Shown here in pieces: positions 17,345 to 26,148 of a stretch of DNA of 34,669 nucleotides. The notes under the pieces were generated by a model. It had not been told where the DNA came from. It did not search any database and worked only from the letters and a program-made list of their open reading frames with translations. Positions within the stretch are counted from its first letter, which is position 1, and every line of letters starts with the position of its first letter. Both the position numbers and the translations under genes were made by a program. Origin of the DNA: a virus (Duplodnaviria; Caudoviricetes); the IMG/VR virus record IMGVR_UViG_3300032225_002837, positions 1 through 34,669 of that record, one strand, 5' to 3'.

Positions 17345-17779
17345 TCATAGGCCGTCCAACCTCCCCGTGAGCCGTGGCCGGTATCCGACTACGGAAATCC
17401 TCCCCGCCGCCGCCTGCGCCTCGCCGGGCGTCGCGGGCGGAACCACCCGGAATTCTCCGCGCCCGACCTGACCCATCAGGGTGCGCGCCTGGTCGTTCGC
17501 GACCTTGCGGTCCTCCTTCACCGGGATGCCCAGGCGCGTGGTCAGCCGCCACACGACCATGTCGAGCGCGGCGGCCATGAGTTCGTCGGGGATCGTGAGT
17601 CCGGGGCCGAGCGTGATCCCGCCCCCGGCCACATGCCCGCGCACCTCGCGCGCCACCTGGGCCGCGATGTCGGGCAGCGGGTCGGGTTGCCCCGCCGCCA
17701 GCGCGCGCTGCGTGTAGGCGGCGAATTCCGCCCCCGCAAGCCGGGTCTTCACCCCATCGACTGTGATTTCCATCCACAT
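17345..17779 (-). CDS. Head-tail connector (Mu gp36/DUF1320-like)
   Basis: Follows the capsid gene. EVRGHV..IPDELMAAALDMVVWRL..DR motif pattern. Confidence 0.8.
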   Translation of the reverse strand: MWMEITVDGVKTRLAGAEFAAYTQRALAAGQPDPLPDIAAQVAREVRGHVAGGGITLGPGLTIPDELMAAALDMVVWRLTTRLGIPVKEDRKVANDQARTLMGQVGRGEFRVVPPATPGEAQAAAGRISVVGYRPRLTGRLDGL

Positions 17780-17831
17780 GGTTCAAGACTGCGGCCCCGC
17801 CCCGCGCGGGGACCGGGCCGCAGGGTTTGAA

Positions 17832-18791
17832 TCAGCCGATGTTGAGCTTCCCGAGGCCAAGCGTGCTGGTCGTCACGATGTTCGAGTAGTGCTCGACCGT
17901 GATGTGCACACACTTGTCCTTCTCGTCGCGGTAAACCCTCATGCCCTCCGGACCCACCGGGGTCGTGAAGCGCTTGAGGTTCGAGGGATCGTCCTTGCCC
18001 ACGCCATCCTCGCCGAAGAAGACGACGGCGTAGCTGCCGACGACCTTCGACTTCGCGGTGGCGCTGCTCTGGAAGCGCTCGCTGGAAACCCGCCCGCCCG
18101 AGAGGCCGAGCTTGGCGGCGAGCTGCTCGATGCTGATCGAGAGGCCCGCGAAGGCTCCGGCGCTCGCCTGCGACTCGTAGGCCGCATAACGGTTCTGCCA
18201 CGCCGCCGTGCCCATGAGCAGGCGGTTCGGGTCGAGGCCCGCATTGTCCCCGGCGGCCTGGATGAGGTCCATCAGGTCCTTGTCGGGCTTCGGCGTGCCG
18301 CTGCTCCAGGTCTTGTTCGTGCCGTCCCCGCAGGCCGCGAGGAGCATCGCCACGGCGCGGCGCAGCTCGTTGCGGAAGAGGCGGGTCTTGAGGCGCATCA
18401 CCGCGCGCTCCTCGTCCCCGTCAACCATCTCGTCCTTGTCGAGGGTGATGGTCAGGCCCTTGTTCAGGGTCTTCTCGTTCACGGTCGAGCCGGTGTATTC
18501 CACCCGCTTGAAGGAGCTGCCGATCGCCCGCACATCGTCCGTCTCGCTCAGGAAATGCTCGGAATTCGTGGCTTTCTTGAACTCGAAGCGGCGGCCCACC
18601 ACCACCTCGGGCGCGAGGAATTGCAGAAGGGCCTGGATGTTCTCCGTGTCCTTCCACCCCGTGCTGAAGGTGGTGAGCGGTTGGCTGAAGGTCGCGGTGG
18701 TGAACCGCGCCTCGTTGGCGATGTAAATCTCGCCCGTGGTGTTGTTGTCCCCCTGGTCGCCCAGGAGTCCGGAAATGATTTCGGTTTTCAT
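17832..18791 (-). CDS. Major capsid protein
   Basis: 319 aa downstream of protease and decoration genes. W..TPKPDKDL..PNRLLMG..AW is typical of gpE-type capsids. Confidence 0.85.
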   Translation of the reverse strand: MKTEIISGLLGDQGDNNTTGEIYIANEARFTTATFSQPLTTFSTGWKDTENIQALLQFLAPEVVVGRRFEFKKATNSEHFLSETDDVRAIGSSFKRVEYTGSTVNEKTLNKGLTITLDKDEMVDGDEERAVMRLKTRLFRNELRRAVAMLLAACGDGTNKTWSSGTPKPDKDLMDLIQAAGDNAGLDPNRLLMGTAAWQNRYAAYESQASAGAFAGLSISIEQLAAKLGLSGGRVSSERFQSSATAKSKVVGSYAVVFFGEDGVGKDDPSNLKRFTTPVGPEGMRVYRDEKDKCVHITVEHYSNIVTTSTLGLGKLNIG

Positions 18792-18812
18792 GTGTGTGTT
18801 TCTGGATGTGTC

Positions 18813-19325
18813 TTAGGCCGTGACCACGCGTTGGATCGGGAAGCAGGGCACGAATTCGATCGTGTCCCCGTCGGCTCCCGCTGCGCTCAGGGCGCGGCCG
18901 ACGATGTGGTAGGTGCCCGCCGCCGTGGGCAGCGTGCGAAGTTTCCCGCCCGCCGCAGGCACCACGAAGGCGCCCGCCGCAATCGCGGCCGAGGCCACGC
19001 CGGGCAGCGTGCGCTCGCTGATGCCGAGGATTTCCACCGAAACCGGGCTGCCGGATTGGGCGGCCTCGTCGGTGATCACCCCGAGCGGGATGTCCGATGC
19101 CCCCGCCACGGCGACATGCCCGGCATCCGAGCCGATCTTCCCGAGAAGATGGCGGGTGCCGACAACCTCGTCCGTCAGGAGGGTGATCGTGTTCTCATGC
19201 GTGCCTTCGGCGATGTTGGCCAAATAGGTCAATCCGCCCTGGCGCCTTGCCAGCCACACGCACATGGCCAGAAGAGCGGGCAGGATCACTGCCATTGTTA
19301 CTGCTGCGATGATGATGTTGTGCAT
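18813..19325 (-). CDS. Capsid decoration/cement protein (DUF2190-like) with hydrophobic N-terminal extension
   Basis: PLGV..AAQSGSPVSV..AIAAGAFV..GRALSAAGADGDTIE. Confidence 0.8.
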   Translation of the reverse strand: MHNIIIAAVTMAVILPALLAMCVWLARRQGGLTYLANIAEGTHENTITLLTDEVVGTRHLLGKIGSDAGHVAVAGASDIPLGVITDEAAQSGSPVSVEILGISERTLPGVASAAIAAGAFVVPAAGGKLRTLPTAAGTYHIVGRALSAAGADGDTIEFVPCFPIQRVVTA

Positions 19326-19352
19326 CTTGTTTGCTTTCTGTTTTGCCGTGGC

Positions 19353-20432
19353 TTACTGGGCCTTGGCGTTTTCCTGCATTTGGGAGAACAGGGCGGGGTG
19401 CTCCCGCTTCACGGCCGCCCAGGCGGTCGTCCAGTCCTCTCCGTGTTTGGCCATGCGCTCGTTGCACAGCTCGACGACCTTGTCGCTCGCCGCGCTGCTC
19501 TCCTTGCGCTGTCCAAGATTTTCGGTGCGGGCCCCGGTTTTCATCACCGGCTTGGCGTTGGCCAACTCGGCGACCTTGCCGTCGAAGTCCGCCTCCATCC
19601 CGCTCTTCCAGGTATCGCGGTCGGCCGCCGTGATCTTCCCGTCGCGGATCGCTCCGTCCAGGATCAGCCCGATGCGCGCCGCCCGCTCGTTCGCCAGCGC
19701 GCGCTCGGCCTCGGCCTTCGCGGTCTGCTCGTTGGCAAGCGCGGTTTCGGCCTCGGCTTTGGCGATTTGCTCTTTGGCAAACGCGTTGACGGCCGCTTCC
19801 TTTGCCGTTGCTTCGTTGCGTTTCGCCTCGTTCGCCAGATCCACGGCGGCGAGGATTTGCTCGTCGGTGGCATCCGCCGGGAGGCCCAGCTTCTCGATCA
19901 GTTGTGTTTTCATGAGAGTTTCCGCCTCGTTGGCCAGCGTCACCGGGGCCACGGGAATGTTGGGCTCGTTCGTGAAGCCCACGCTTTTGAGCCGCACGGG
20001 GCGGAAAACGCTTCCCTCCCGCCGGGCGCCCCAGTTCACCGAGTGCCCATGGAAGGCCTCGCTCTTGATCAAATCCTCCCCGGCGGGGCTCCACTTCACA
20101 TTGGCGAACAAGCCATCCTCGCGGGCCTCGAGGGCCTTGATGCGCCCGTAGGCGCGGGTGTCCGTGTAGCGGCCCTTGAAGGCGGGGTGGTCGGGATGCC
20201 CGATATACCAGGGCAGGCCCAGCAGGCGCTGCGGGGTGTTCAGCAGGCCGTTGAATTCGTTCACCAGCGTGCGGGCGTCCTCGATCGTGAAGCGTTGCAG
20301 CCCGTCGCCGTGCGGGAAGTCCCCGTAGGGCGCCAACTGCACCCAGCCATCCGGGGCCACTTGGAATTCGTTGCCGATGAGCCGCAGTTCCTCCACGGCT
20401 TCGTTGGCCAAATAGGCGATTCGTTTTTTCAT
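19353..20432 (-). CDS. Prohead protease/scaffold (Mu gpI-like), with probable internal scaffold start at 19913 (gpZ-like)
   Basis: WVQLAPYG, YIGHPD, AYGRIKALEAREDGLFANVKW and SVGFTNEPNI, then MKTQLIEKLGLPADATDEQIL and a coiled coil. Start at 20432 overlaps the portal stop. Confidence 0.9.
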   Translation of the reverse strand: MKKRIAYLANEAVEELRLIGNEFQVAPDGWVQLAPYGDFPHGDGLQRFTIEDARTLVNEFNGLLNTPQRLLGLPWYIGHPDHPAFKGRYTDTRAYGRIKALEAREDGLFANVKWSPAGEDLIKSEAFHGHSVNWGARREGSVFRPVRLKSVGFTNEPNIPVAPVTLANEAETLMKTQLIEKLGLPADATDEQILAAVDLANEAKRNEATAKEAAVNAFAKEQIAKAEAETALANEQTAKAEAERALANERAARIGLILDGAIRDGKITAADRDTWKSGMEADFDGKVAELANAKPVMKTGARTENLGQRKESSAASDKVVELCNERMAKHGEDWTTAWAAVKREHPALFSQMQENAKAQ

Positions 20433-21943
20433 AAAGTCTCTCCCGGTTTGCGTTGCACCGCCTGGCGAACGCCCTCGAGCACCGCGCCTCCCAGCGCGCC
20501 CTCGAAGACCGCCGCCAATTCCTCCACCGCCAGGCCATCGAGCAACTCGGGCAGCCGGGCCTGGGTTTCCTGCAAAAACTCCTCCCACTCGGCGGGCGTG
20601 GCCGTGGCGGCCTTGGCCTTCATCTCCCGCAGCAGGCTTTCAATCGGGGTCACCCACCCCTCGGGCACGCCCAGGCTCGCCGCCACCTCGTTGGCGAGGG
20701 TTTCCGCCGGCGGGGGAGGGGACGCCACCGGTGCGCCGCCGAGGGTTTCCTCGCCGGGTTCCGGCACCGGTAGGCCGAAGCGCTCGTAGATCGGAGCCTT
20801 TGCCAGCGGCAGCCCGATCCGCGAGAGCGTCTCAAGCACTTTCAAATCCATGTCCGTGTTCTTGCGGTCCTTCGTGCGGATCTGCACATAGGCGAGCGGC
20901 CGCACGCCCCGGCCGAAGTGGTATTCCACCACCTGCCGGATCACCGAGGTCTGGAGCGCCTCGCTCAGCCAGGCCGCGTCGTCCTGCTCGATCAAATCCG
21001 TCTCCGTGCCCTGCAGGCTCGCGCCGGTGTTGTCCGCCCCGGTGCCGCTCGCGGTCCCGAGGTCTCCGCCGCGCCACATGATCGCCAGCGCCTTGTCCAT
21101 GCGCTCGATGAGTTCCGGGAAGGGCATGTTCGCCCCGCCCTTGGCCTCGATCAGCTCGATCGCCTCGCTGGCGTTGCACACCGCCGCAAACTCGGCGGAG
21201 AAAATTCGCACCGCGTCTTCCATGGCCCGCCACTCGGCCGTGCCATGGGCTGCGTTCGTCTTGCCGAGCACTCCGGGGAATCCGAACTTTTCCGAATACG
21301 AGAGCCAGTCGCGCAGCGGCAGGCGCTTATACATCCACGCCACGCTCGAGGCCTCCATCAACCCCGCGCCGACCGTCACCAGCCACTCGTCGGCGGGCAT
21401 CTCGATCCCGCTCACCCCGTAGTCCTGCTCGAGGAACCTCAACCGCCCGGTGCGGTTCTCGAAGAACCACAGGGGCACATGCCGGAACGCGGCCGTGAGC
21501 CCCTCGTCGCCGGGCTGCCACACGATCTCGTGCACCGCATACCTCATGCCGATCGCCGTGGCCATCTGCCGCACCAGCAGCGAGAAGCCCCCTTGCTGGT
21601 TCTCGTCCAGTGCGTTCGTGGCCGTGAGGTTGTTCAAAAAATACTCGATCTTCTCCTTGTGGGCAGCGGCCTCGGCCGCCAGACCCTCGTCCCCGTCCAC
21701 CGTCACCACATCGAACCCGTAGCGGGCCACCGCCGAGAGGCGCTTGTTCACGAGGCCCTGCAGGCGGTCGTCCCTCCGGATCATCGCCTCCCAGGTCCTC
21801 GCCGCCTCGGCCAGATACCCGGCATTGAACGCGTCGAGCATCGCTGTGAGCCGTTCGGGCGTGAGGTTCGCCAAAGGCTGGAACCGCGATTGGATCGAAC
21901 GCTCGATCCGCTTGGGGGCGATGGAGTTGCTGCGCTTTTTCAT
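20429..21943 (-). CDS. Portal protein (Mu gp29/DUF935)
   Basis: DWLSYSEKFGFPGVLGK and IELIEAKG. Follows the terminase. Confidence 0.92.
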   Translation of the reverse strand: MKKRSNSIAPKRIERSIQSRFQPLANLTPERLTAMLDAFNAGYLAEAARTWEAMIRRDDRLQGLVNKRLSAVARYGFDVVTVDGDEGLAAEAAAHKEKIEYFLNNLTATNALDENQQGGFSLLVRQMATAIGMRYAVHEIVWQPGDEGLTAAFRHVPLWFFENRTGRLRFLEQDYGVSGIEMPADEWLVTVGAGLMEASSVAWMYKRLPLRDWLSYSEKFGFPGVLGKTNAAHGTAEWRAMEDAVRIFSAEFAAVCNASEAIELIEAKGGANMPFPELIERMDKALAIMWRGGDLGTASGTGADNTGASLQGTETDLIEQDDAAWLSEALQTSVIRQVVEYHFGRGVRPLAYVQIRTKDRKNTDMDLKVLETLSRIGLPLAKAPIYERFGLPVPEPGEETLGGAPVASPPPPAETLANEVAASLGVPEGWVTPIESLLREMKAKAATATPAEWEEFLQETQARLPELLDGLAVEELAAVFEGALGGAVLEGVRQAVQRKPGETL

Positions 21944-23361
21944 AGCAATACGCGCCCTCCCTCGCGCTCCACAGGCTCATAGGCGAAGGGCTCCCCCGCC
22001 GTTTTCCCGGCATGCAGCGCCAGGGCCAACGCCCAGAACCGGTCGCAATGCCCGTTCTTGCCGCGCTCGCCCGAGAAGCGGATGTTCCCGCTCGCCGTCG
22101 TCTCCTTGCGGATGCCCCGCAGGTCGCTGAAAACCTCGCGCCGGTCCGGTATCCTCACCGCGCGGTCCTCGAAGGCCGCCCGCACCGGATAGGCCAACTC
22201 CTCCTTCACCGCGCCCGTGAAATGCACCCCCTCGACCTTGTGCGCCCCGAACCGCTGGATCGCCCGCTCGGCGAATTGCCGCCCGATCCCGGTCTGGTCG
22301 ATGCAGCACCGCCGCGTCTGCGGCAACCCGAGCACCGCATACAGCGCGGCCTCCTGCGCCTCGAAGGTCTGCGCCTTCATTTCCACCAAAAGCCTTGTCA
22401 GAAAAACCCCGCCGACCTTTTCCATCACCCAGATCACCGTGAGGTCCTGTGTGCGCCCCACATCCACGCCCACGAAGAGCGGATTCCTCGTCGCCTCCAG
22501 ATCGGTCTCCCACTCCTCCCCGGCCGGATATTTGCACCCGTCGATCAGGTCGTAGCTCAGGAAGGCCGCCGCGTCGTCGCTCGGCACGCACATGTATTCC
22601 TGCGCGAAACTCTCCTCGTCCGCGCAGCCGCTGCGGATGAAGTCGAAATACGCCGCCTCGTCCATGCCCTGCCGCTCGTCGTCCTCGGGTAGCTTGCTCT
22701 GGAGCTTGTAGAGGAATCCCTGGTCGAGCGCGTCCTGTAGCGTCACCCGGTGCAGGCTGAATTTCTTCGGGTTCCCCTTGTGCCGGATCTCGGTGATCAG
22801 GCCGTTGAAAAAATTGGCGCTCCCACGGTGCGTGGAGAAGATCTCGAGCGACCCGCCCCATGTGATGCCCGGGTAGGCGATCGCGTAGAGTTTGCGGGGG
22901 TCCGGATGGAGCGCGAATTCGTCCAGCACGCGGTCGCCCCGCTTGCCCGCCTGGGCATCCGGGTTGCTCGACATGCTGTGGGCCCGTAGCCCGTTGGAAA
23001 AAGAGAGGACATAGGCCGTGTGCCCGTCGTCATCGATCACGGCCTCGCCGAGGTCCTTGGCGGCGATGTTCAAGAGCCCGGCAAAGGCTTTGCAATCCTC
23101 CAGAAACAGCCGTGCCTGGATGTCGTCGCGCGAGGAAATCCACGCGTCCAGCCGCGCATCGACCAGCGCCTTGCGCGACACGAGCCCGTAGGCCGTGGCC
23201 CAGGTCCAGCCGATCTGGCGGCTTTTCTCAGCGATCTTCAGGCGCGAGGTATCCTTCACCCAGGCCGCCTGGTAGGGCAGCAGCAGGGTGTTTTTCTTGG
23301 GAATCACCTTCGCCGCGCCGCGCGCCCGTTCATCCTTCATCCTTCTCACTTCTTCCTTCAC
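21940..23361 (-). CDS. terL: Terminase large subunit (Mu gp28-like); start GTG 23361 or ATG 23340
   Basis: LLPYQ..KSRQIGWT, VLDEFA, GVDVGR..D, IDQTGIG and HCDRFWALALA. Confidence 0.95.
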   Translation of the reverse strand: MKEEVRRMKDERARGAAKVIPKKNTLLLPYQAAWVKDTSRLKIAEKSRQIGWTWATAYGLVSRKALVDARLDAWISSRDDIQARLFLEDCKAFAGLLNIAAKDLGEAVIDDDGHTAYVLSFSNGLRAHSMSSNPDAQAGKRGDRVLDEFALHPDPRKLYAIAYPGITWGGSLEIFSTHRGSANFFNGLITEIRHKGNPKKFSLHRVTLQDALDQGFLYKLQSKLPEDDERQGMDEAAYFDFIRSGCADEESFAQEYMCVPSDDAAAFLSYDLIDGCKYPAGEEWETDLEATRNPLFVGVDVGRTQDLTVIWVMEKVGGVFLTRLLVEMKAQTFEAQEAALYAVLGLPQTRRCCIDQTGIGRQFAERAIQRFGAHKVEGVHFTGAVKEELAYPVRAAFEDRAVRIPDRREVFSDLRGIRKETTASGNIRFSGERGKNGHCDRFWALALALHAGKTAGEPFAYEPVEREGGRVLL

Positions 23362-23885
23362 AAGAGCCCCGCCGCCTCCTCGATCGTCCGCAGGGTCTCG
23401 GGCGTCAGCCCGCCCTTGGTTTTCAAATTCTCCAGCGCCGCCTTGGCCTTGGCCGCGTTCTCCTCGAGCAGCGCCACGCGCCGCTCGGCCAGCGCCAGCT
23501 TCCGGGGTTCGACCTCCTCCTTCAGCCGCATCGCCCGCTCGTCCAACTCGCGCGCCTTCAGGAGCGCCCACTCCTGCGCGCTCAATTCCCGAAAGGTCAG
23601 CTCGAACTCGCGCATCGCCAGCGCCCGCCGCCTCTCCTGCTCCCAATCCTTGGGCAGCCCGCCGCTCGCCACCTCCGCCGCAGCCCGCGCCCGCTCCACC
23701 CTCCATGGCAACCCATGCGAGGAGATACAGCGCGACAAGCCCGCCAGCGAGGCCCGCACGCCCCAGCTTTTCAAAAGTTCCAGGCCCTCCGTGAGCGGTG
23801 CCCCGCCCTCCAAGCACAGCGTGAGCAGCTCCTCCCGCTGCGCGGGCTTGAGCTTGGACCACAGCGCGTCGCTTCGGGTCTTCAT
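23358..23885 (-). CDS. Mu gp27-like (putative terminase small subunit)
   Basis: N-terminal HTH-like region, C-terminal GLTPETLRTIEEAAGLL, position. Confidence 0.75.
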   Translation of the reverse strand: MKTRSDALWSKLKPAQREELLTLCLEGGAPLTEGLELLKSWGVRASLAGLSRCISSHGLPWRVERARAAAEVASGGLPKDWEQERRRALAMREFELTFRELSAQEWALLKARELDERAMRLKEEVEPRKLALAERRVALLEENAAKAKAALENLKTKGGLTPETLRTIEEAAGLL

Positions 23886-24091
23886 TCACCTTTCACCCTC
23901 CAGATCCGGTCCCCGGTCACATCGTCGGTCTCGCTCGCGATCCGGCCGAGCGCCGCCAGCCCCCGCAGGGCCTCCTCGAATTCCAGCTCGCCCACCCGCA
24001 CCCGGAACCGCATTTCCAGCTCCAGCCGCAACGCTGTTTCCGGCACGCCCTCGGGCCTCAGCCCCAATATCGTCAAAATCCTCGTTCTCAT
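23882..24091 (-). CDS. Mu gp26-like winged-helix protein
   Basis: 69 aa, coupled on both sides, position. Confidence 0.6.
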   Translation of the reverse strand: MRTRILTILGLRPEGVPETALRLELEMRFRVRVGELEFEEALRGLAALGRIASETDDVTGDRIWRVKGE

Positions 24092-24444
24092 TTACCGTGC
24101 CTCATCTGTTCGAGCGCCCCCTCCACACGGCTCACCGCCGTGAGCACCGTGTCCACCCGCTCCCCGATCTTGCGCATCCGCTCCTCGCCAGCCGCGATGA
24201 TCTCGTTTTTGTCGGCCTCCATTTTCCCACGCAGCATCCGCACATCGTTTTCCAGCACGCCCACCCGGTGGTTCAGCGGCGCCAGCGCGCTCTCCGTCGC
24301 CACCCGGTCCTCGGCCACCACCCGGAAGGGCTGGTCGATGTTCCGTTTCTGCCCCTTGCCCGTTAAAATCGCCCAGGCTGTCACCACATTGCCCATCAGC
24401 ACCACGATGCCGAAGGCCGAGATGAGAAGTTCCCCCTGGCTCAT
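24088..24444 (-). CDS. Membrane-anchored coiled-coil protein (Mu gp25/DUF2730-like)
   Basis: Start MSQGE with ATGA overlap. One TM segment followed by a coiled coil. Confidence 0.65.
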   Translation of the reverse strand: MSQGELLISAFGIVVLMGNVVTAWAILTGKGQKRNIDQPFRVVAEDRVATESALAPLNHRVGVLENDVRMLRGKMEADKNEIIAAGEERMRKIGERVDTVLTAVSRVEGALEQMRHGK

Positions 24445-24932
24445 CGCTTCTCCTCCGGCAGCCGGATGAAGGACCGGCACTCCTCCAGGCTCCGCCGCTT
24501 GCGGCACACCTTCACACCCTCGCGCCCGCCGGCGTCGTCCGTGTTCCCCTCGATCGTCCGCACGGTCGCCCCGTCGAACCCCTCCACGATCCCGATGTGC
24601 GAGAAGGTGAAAACCACCAAATCCCCCGCACTGGGAAAATACAACCCGTCCCTCGGCCCGAAGACCAGCCAGCCGAGCTTGAGCGCCTCCGGCACCCAGC
24701 GCCGCACCGCCGCGCTCTTCGGCCGCTTCACAAAAGGCCCGAGGATCATCAGCACGCACCAAGCCGCAAACGCCGCGCACCACGGCTCCCGGTTCTGCAT
24801 CCCGTCGGGGTAGTCCGTGGCCTGCCAGTATTTCGCGAGCCCCTCGCCCTGGTTGCGCGAGGTTTCCTTCACGCCCAATTCCGCCCGCGCGATCGCCACG
24901 ATGCCAGGCACTCTCTCGAATCCCGCGCCCAT
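24441..24932 (-). CDS. CHAP-domain endolysin
   Basis: PWCAAF, SHIGIV and TIEGNT catalytic motifs. Start MGAGF at 24932. Confidence 0.88.
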   Translation of the reverse strand: MGAGFERVPGIVAIARAELGVKETSRNQGEGLAKYWQATDYPDGMQNREPWCAAFAAWCVLMILGPFVKRPKSAAVRRWVPEALKLGWLVFGPRDGLYFPSAGDLVVFTFSHIGIVEGFDGATVRTIEGNTDDAGGREGVKVCRKRRSLEECRSFIRLPEEKR

Positions 24933-25393
24933 TAGAATTCCGCGCCTCCCTGGATTTCCACCCGCACCGGCCAGACGGCCTCCGGCTTTACCCTGAGACT
25001 CGAGAGCAACCGCGCCAGGAATGGCCGCCCGTCCTCCCGCTCCGCATAATAAATTAGATTCTCGGTCACTGGCGGTCCGGATTCCTCCCACTCGAGCGGA
25101 GCCAGCATCGCCCCCACGCCCAGATACACTCCCGCCACGCACACCAGCGCGGGCACTGCCGCGCCGCCCGCCCGGTCCGCGCGCCGCACCTCCGCCTTCG
25201 GGTTGAATTCCCCGCCCGGCATCGTCGCCGTCCGGCGTTTCTGCCACACGCTCCACGCGATCGTCATCAGCACCAGCACCGCGCCGATCCCCTGCGTCAA
25301 TTGGTCGCTCGTGATCAGCCCGCTCTCCACCAGCTTGCCCCCGTAGGCCGCCAGCACCGCCCGCACGATCCCTCCGGCAATTTGCAAAATCAT
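24932..25393 (-). CDS. Holin-like membrane protein
   Basis: GIVRAVLAAYGG..GAVLVLMTIAWSVWQKRR plus a third hydrophobic segment. Adjacent to the endolysin. Confidence 0.7.
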   Translation of the reverse strand: MILQIAGGIVRAVLAAYGGKLVESGLITSDQLTQGIGAVLVLMTIAWSVWQKRRTATMPGGEFNPKAEVRRADRAGGAAVPALVCVAGVYLGVGAMLAPLEWEESGPPVTENLIYYAEREDGRPFLARLLSSLRVKPEAVWPVRVEIQGGAEF

Positions 25394-25689
25394 CGTCCTG
25401 CCTCCTTGAGCTTCGCCAGCGCGAGTTCGATCGAGAGGTTCACCGCCCGCGTCTCTGCCCGGATTCCCTCGTTCAGCGCCAGCACCTGGATCTGTCGCAC
25501 CGCCTCGCGCTTCTTCTCCTCCCCGCTCTTCGGCGTCTCCGCCAGCGAGCGCACCACCTCCAGCGCGATCGGCAGCAGCCCCTCGAGCAGCCGCGTCGTC
25601 GAATCCGCCAGAATGGGGATCAAAAATCCGATCAGGGTCCGCGAGGCTCCCGTGAGCCACGCCAGGGTATTGATGAGTGCTTTTTTCAT
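25390..25689 (-). CDS. LL-H-type holin-like protein, first late gene
   Basis: SGEEKKREAV..VNLSIELAL motif. Start MKKAL at 25689. Confidence 0.6.
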   Translation of the reverse strand: MKKALINTLAWLTGASRTLIGFLIPILADSTTRLLEGLLPIALEVVRSLAETPKSGEEKKREAVRQIQVLALNEGIRAETRAVNLSIELALAKLKEAGR

Positions 25690-25752
25690 GTGTGGGTGAC
25701 GGCCGCCTCGCCGAGGCTTCGGATTTCGGTCGCGCCGACTGCGCCCCTGGTT

Positions 25753-25827
25753 GAAAAACATCCCGGCGCGGAGTAAGAGTCCCCACCCGTATCGCTGCCC
25801 CAAGCAGCGACCCCGCGCCGGGAAAAA
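25753..25827 (-). promoter_or_regulatory. Structured late-operon leader (three-way junction followed by U-tract)
   Basis: 11-bp inverted repeat at 25761-25771/25813-25823 encloses two hairpins. TGTTTTT follows on the minus strand. Confidence 0.5.
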
Positions 25828-26148
25828 TCATTCGCCATCCCACCGCTCCGGTGGCATGGTTCGTTTCGGAAAAGTCTCGTGGGGCCTCGCATCGGCAGCC
25901 ACCTTTCCACACCCCCGAAAATCCCGCTAATCCACCATGGCGACGATTGTTGCTATTGCAGAATAATCGCGAAAAACCCCGACCCTAAGCCCCGTTTCTG
26001 TGCCGTTGCAGGAAAGAAAAACCTGTCCACGCGCGGACAGTTTTCTGCTGGAAGGCTCAACGCGCCGCCACACCGCGCAATTATAAAAATACATTTTTCC
26101 GTATAATTGCCTCGTAATGGATTCCTGTCTCGTAAACGATAGCGGCTA

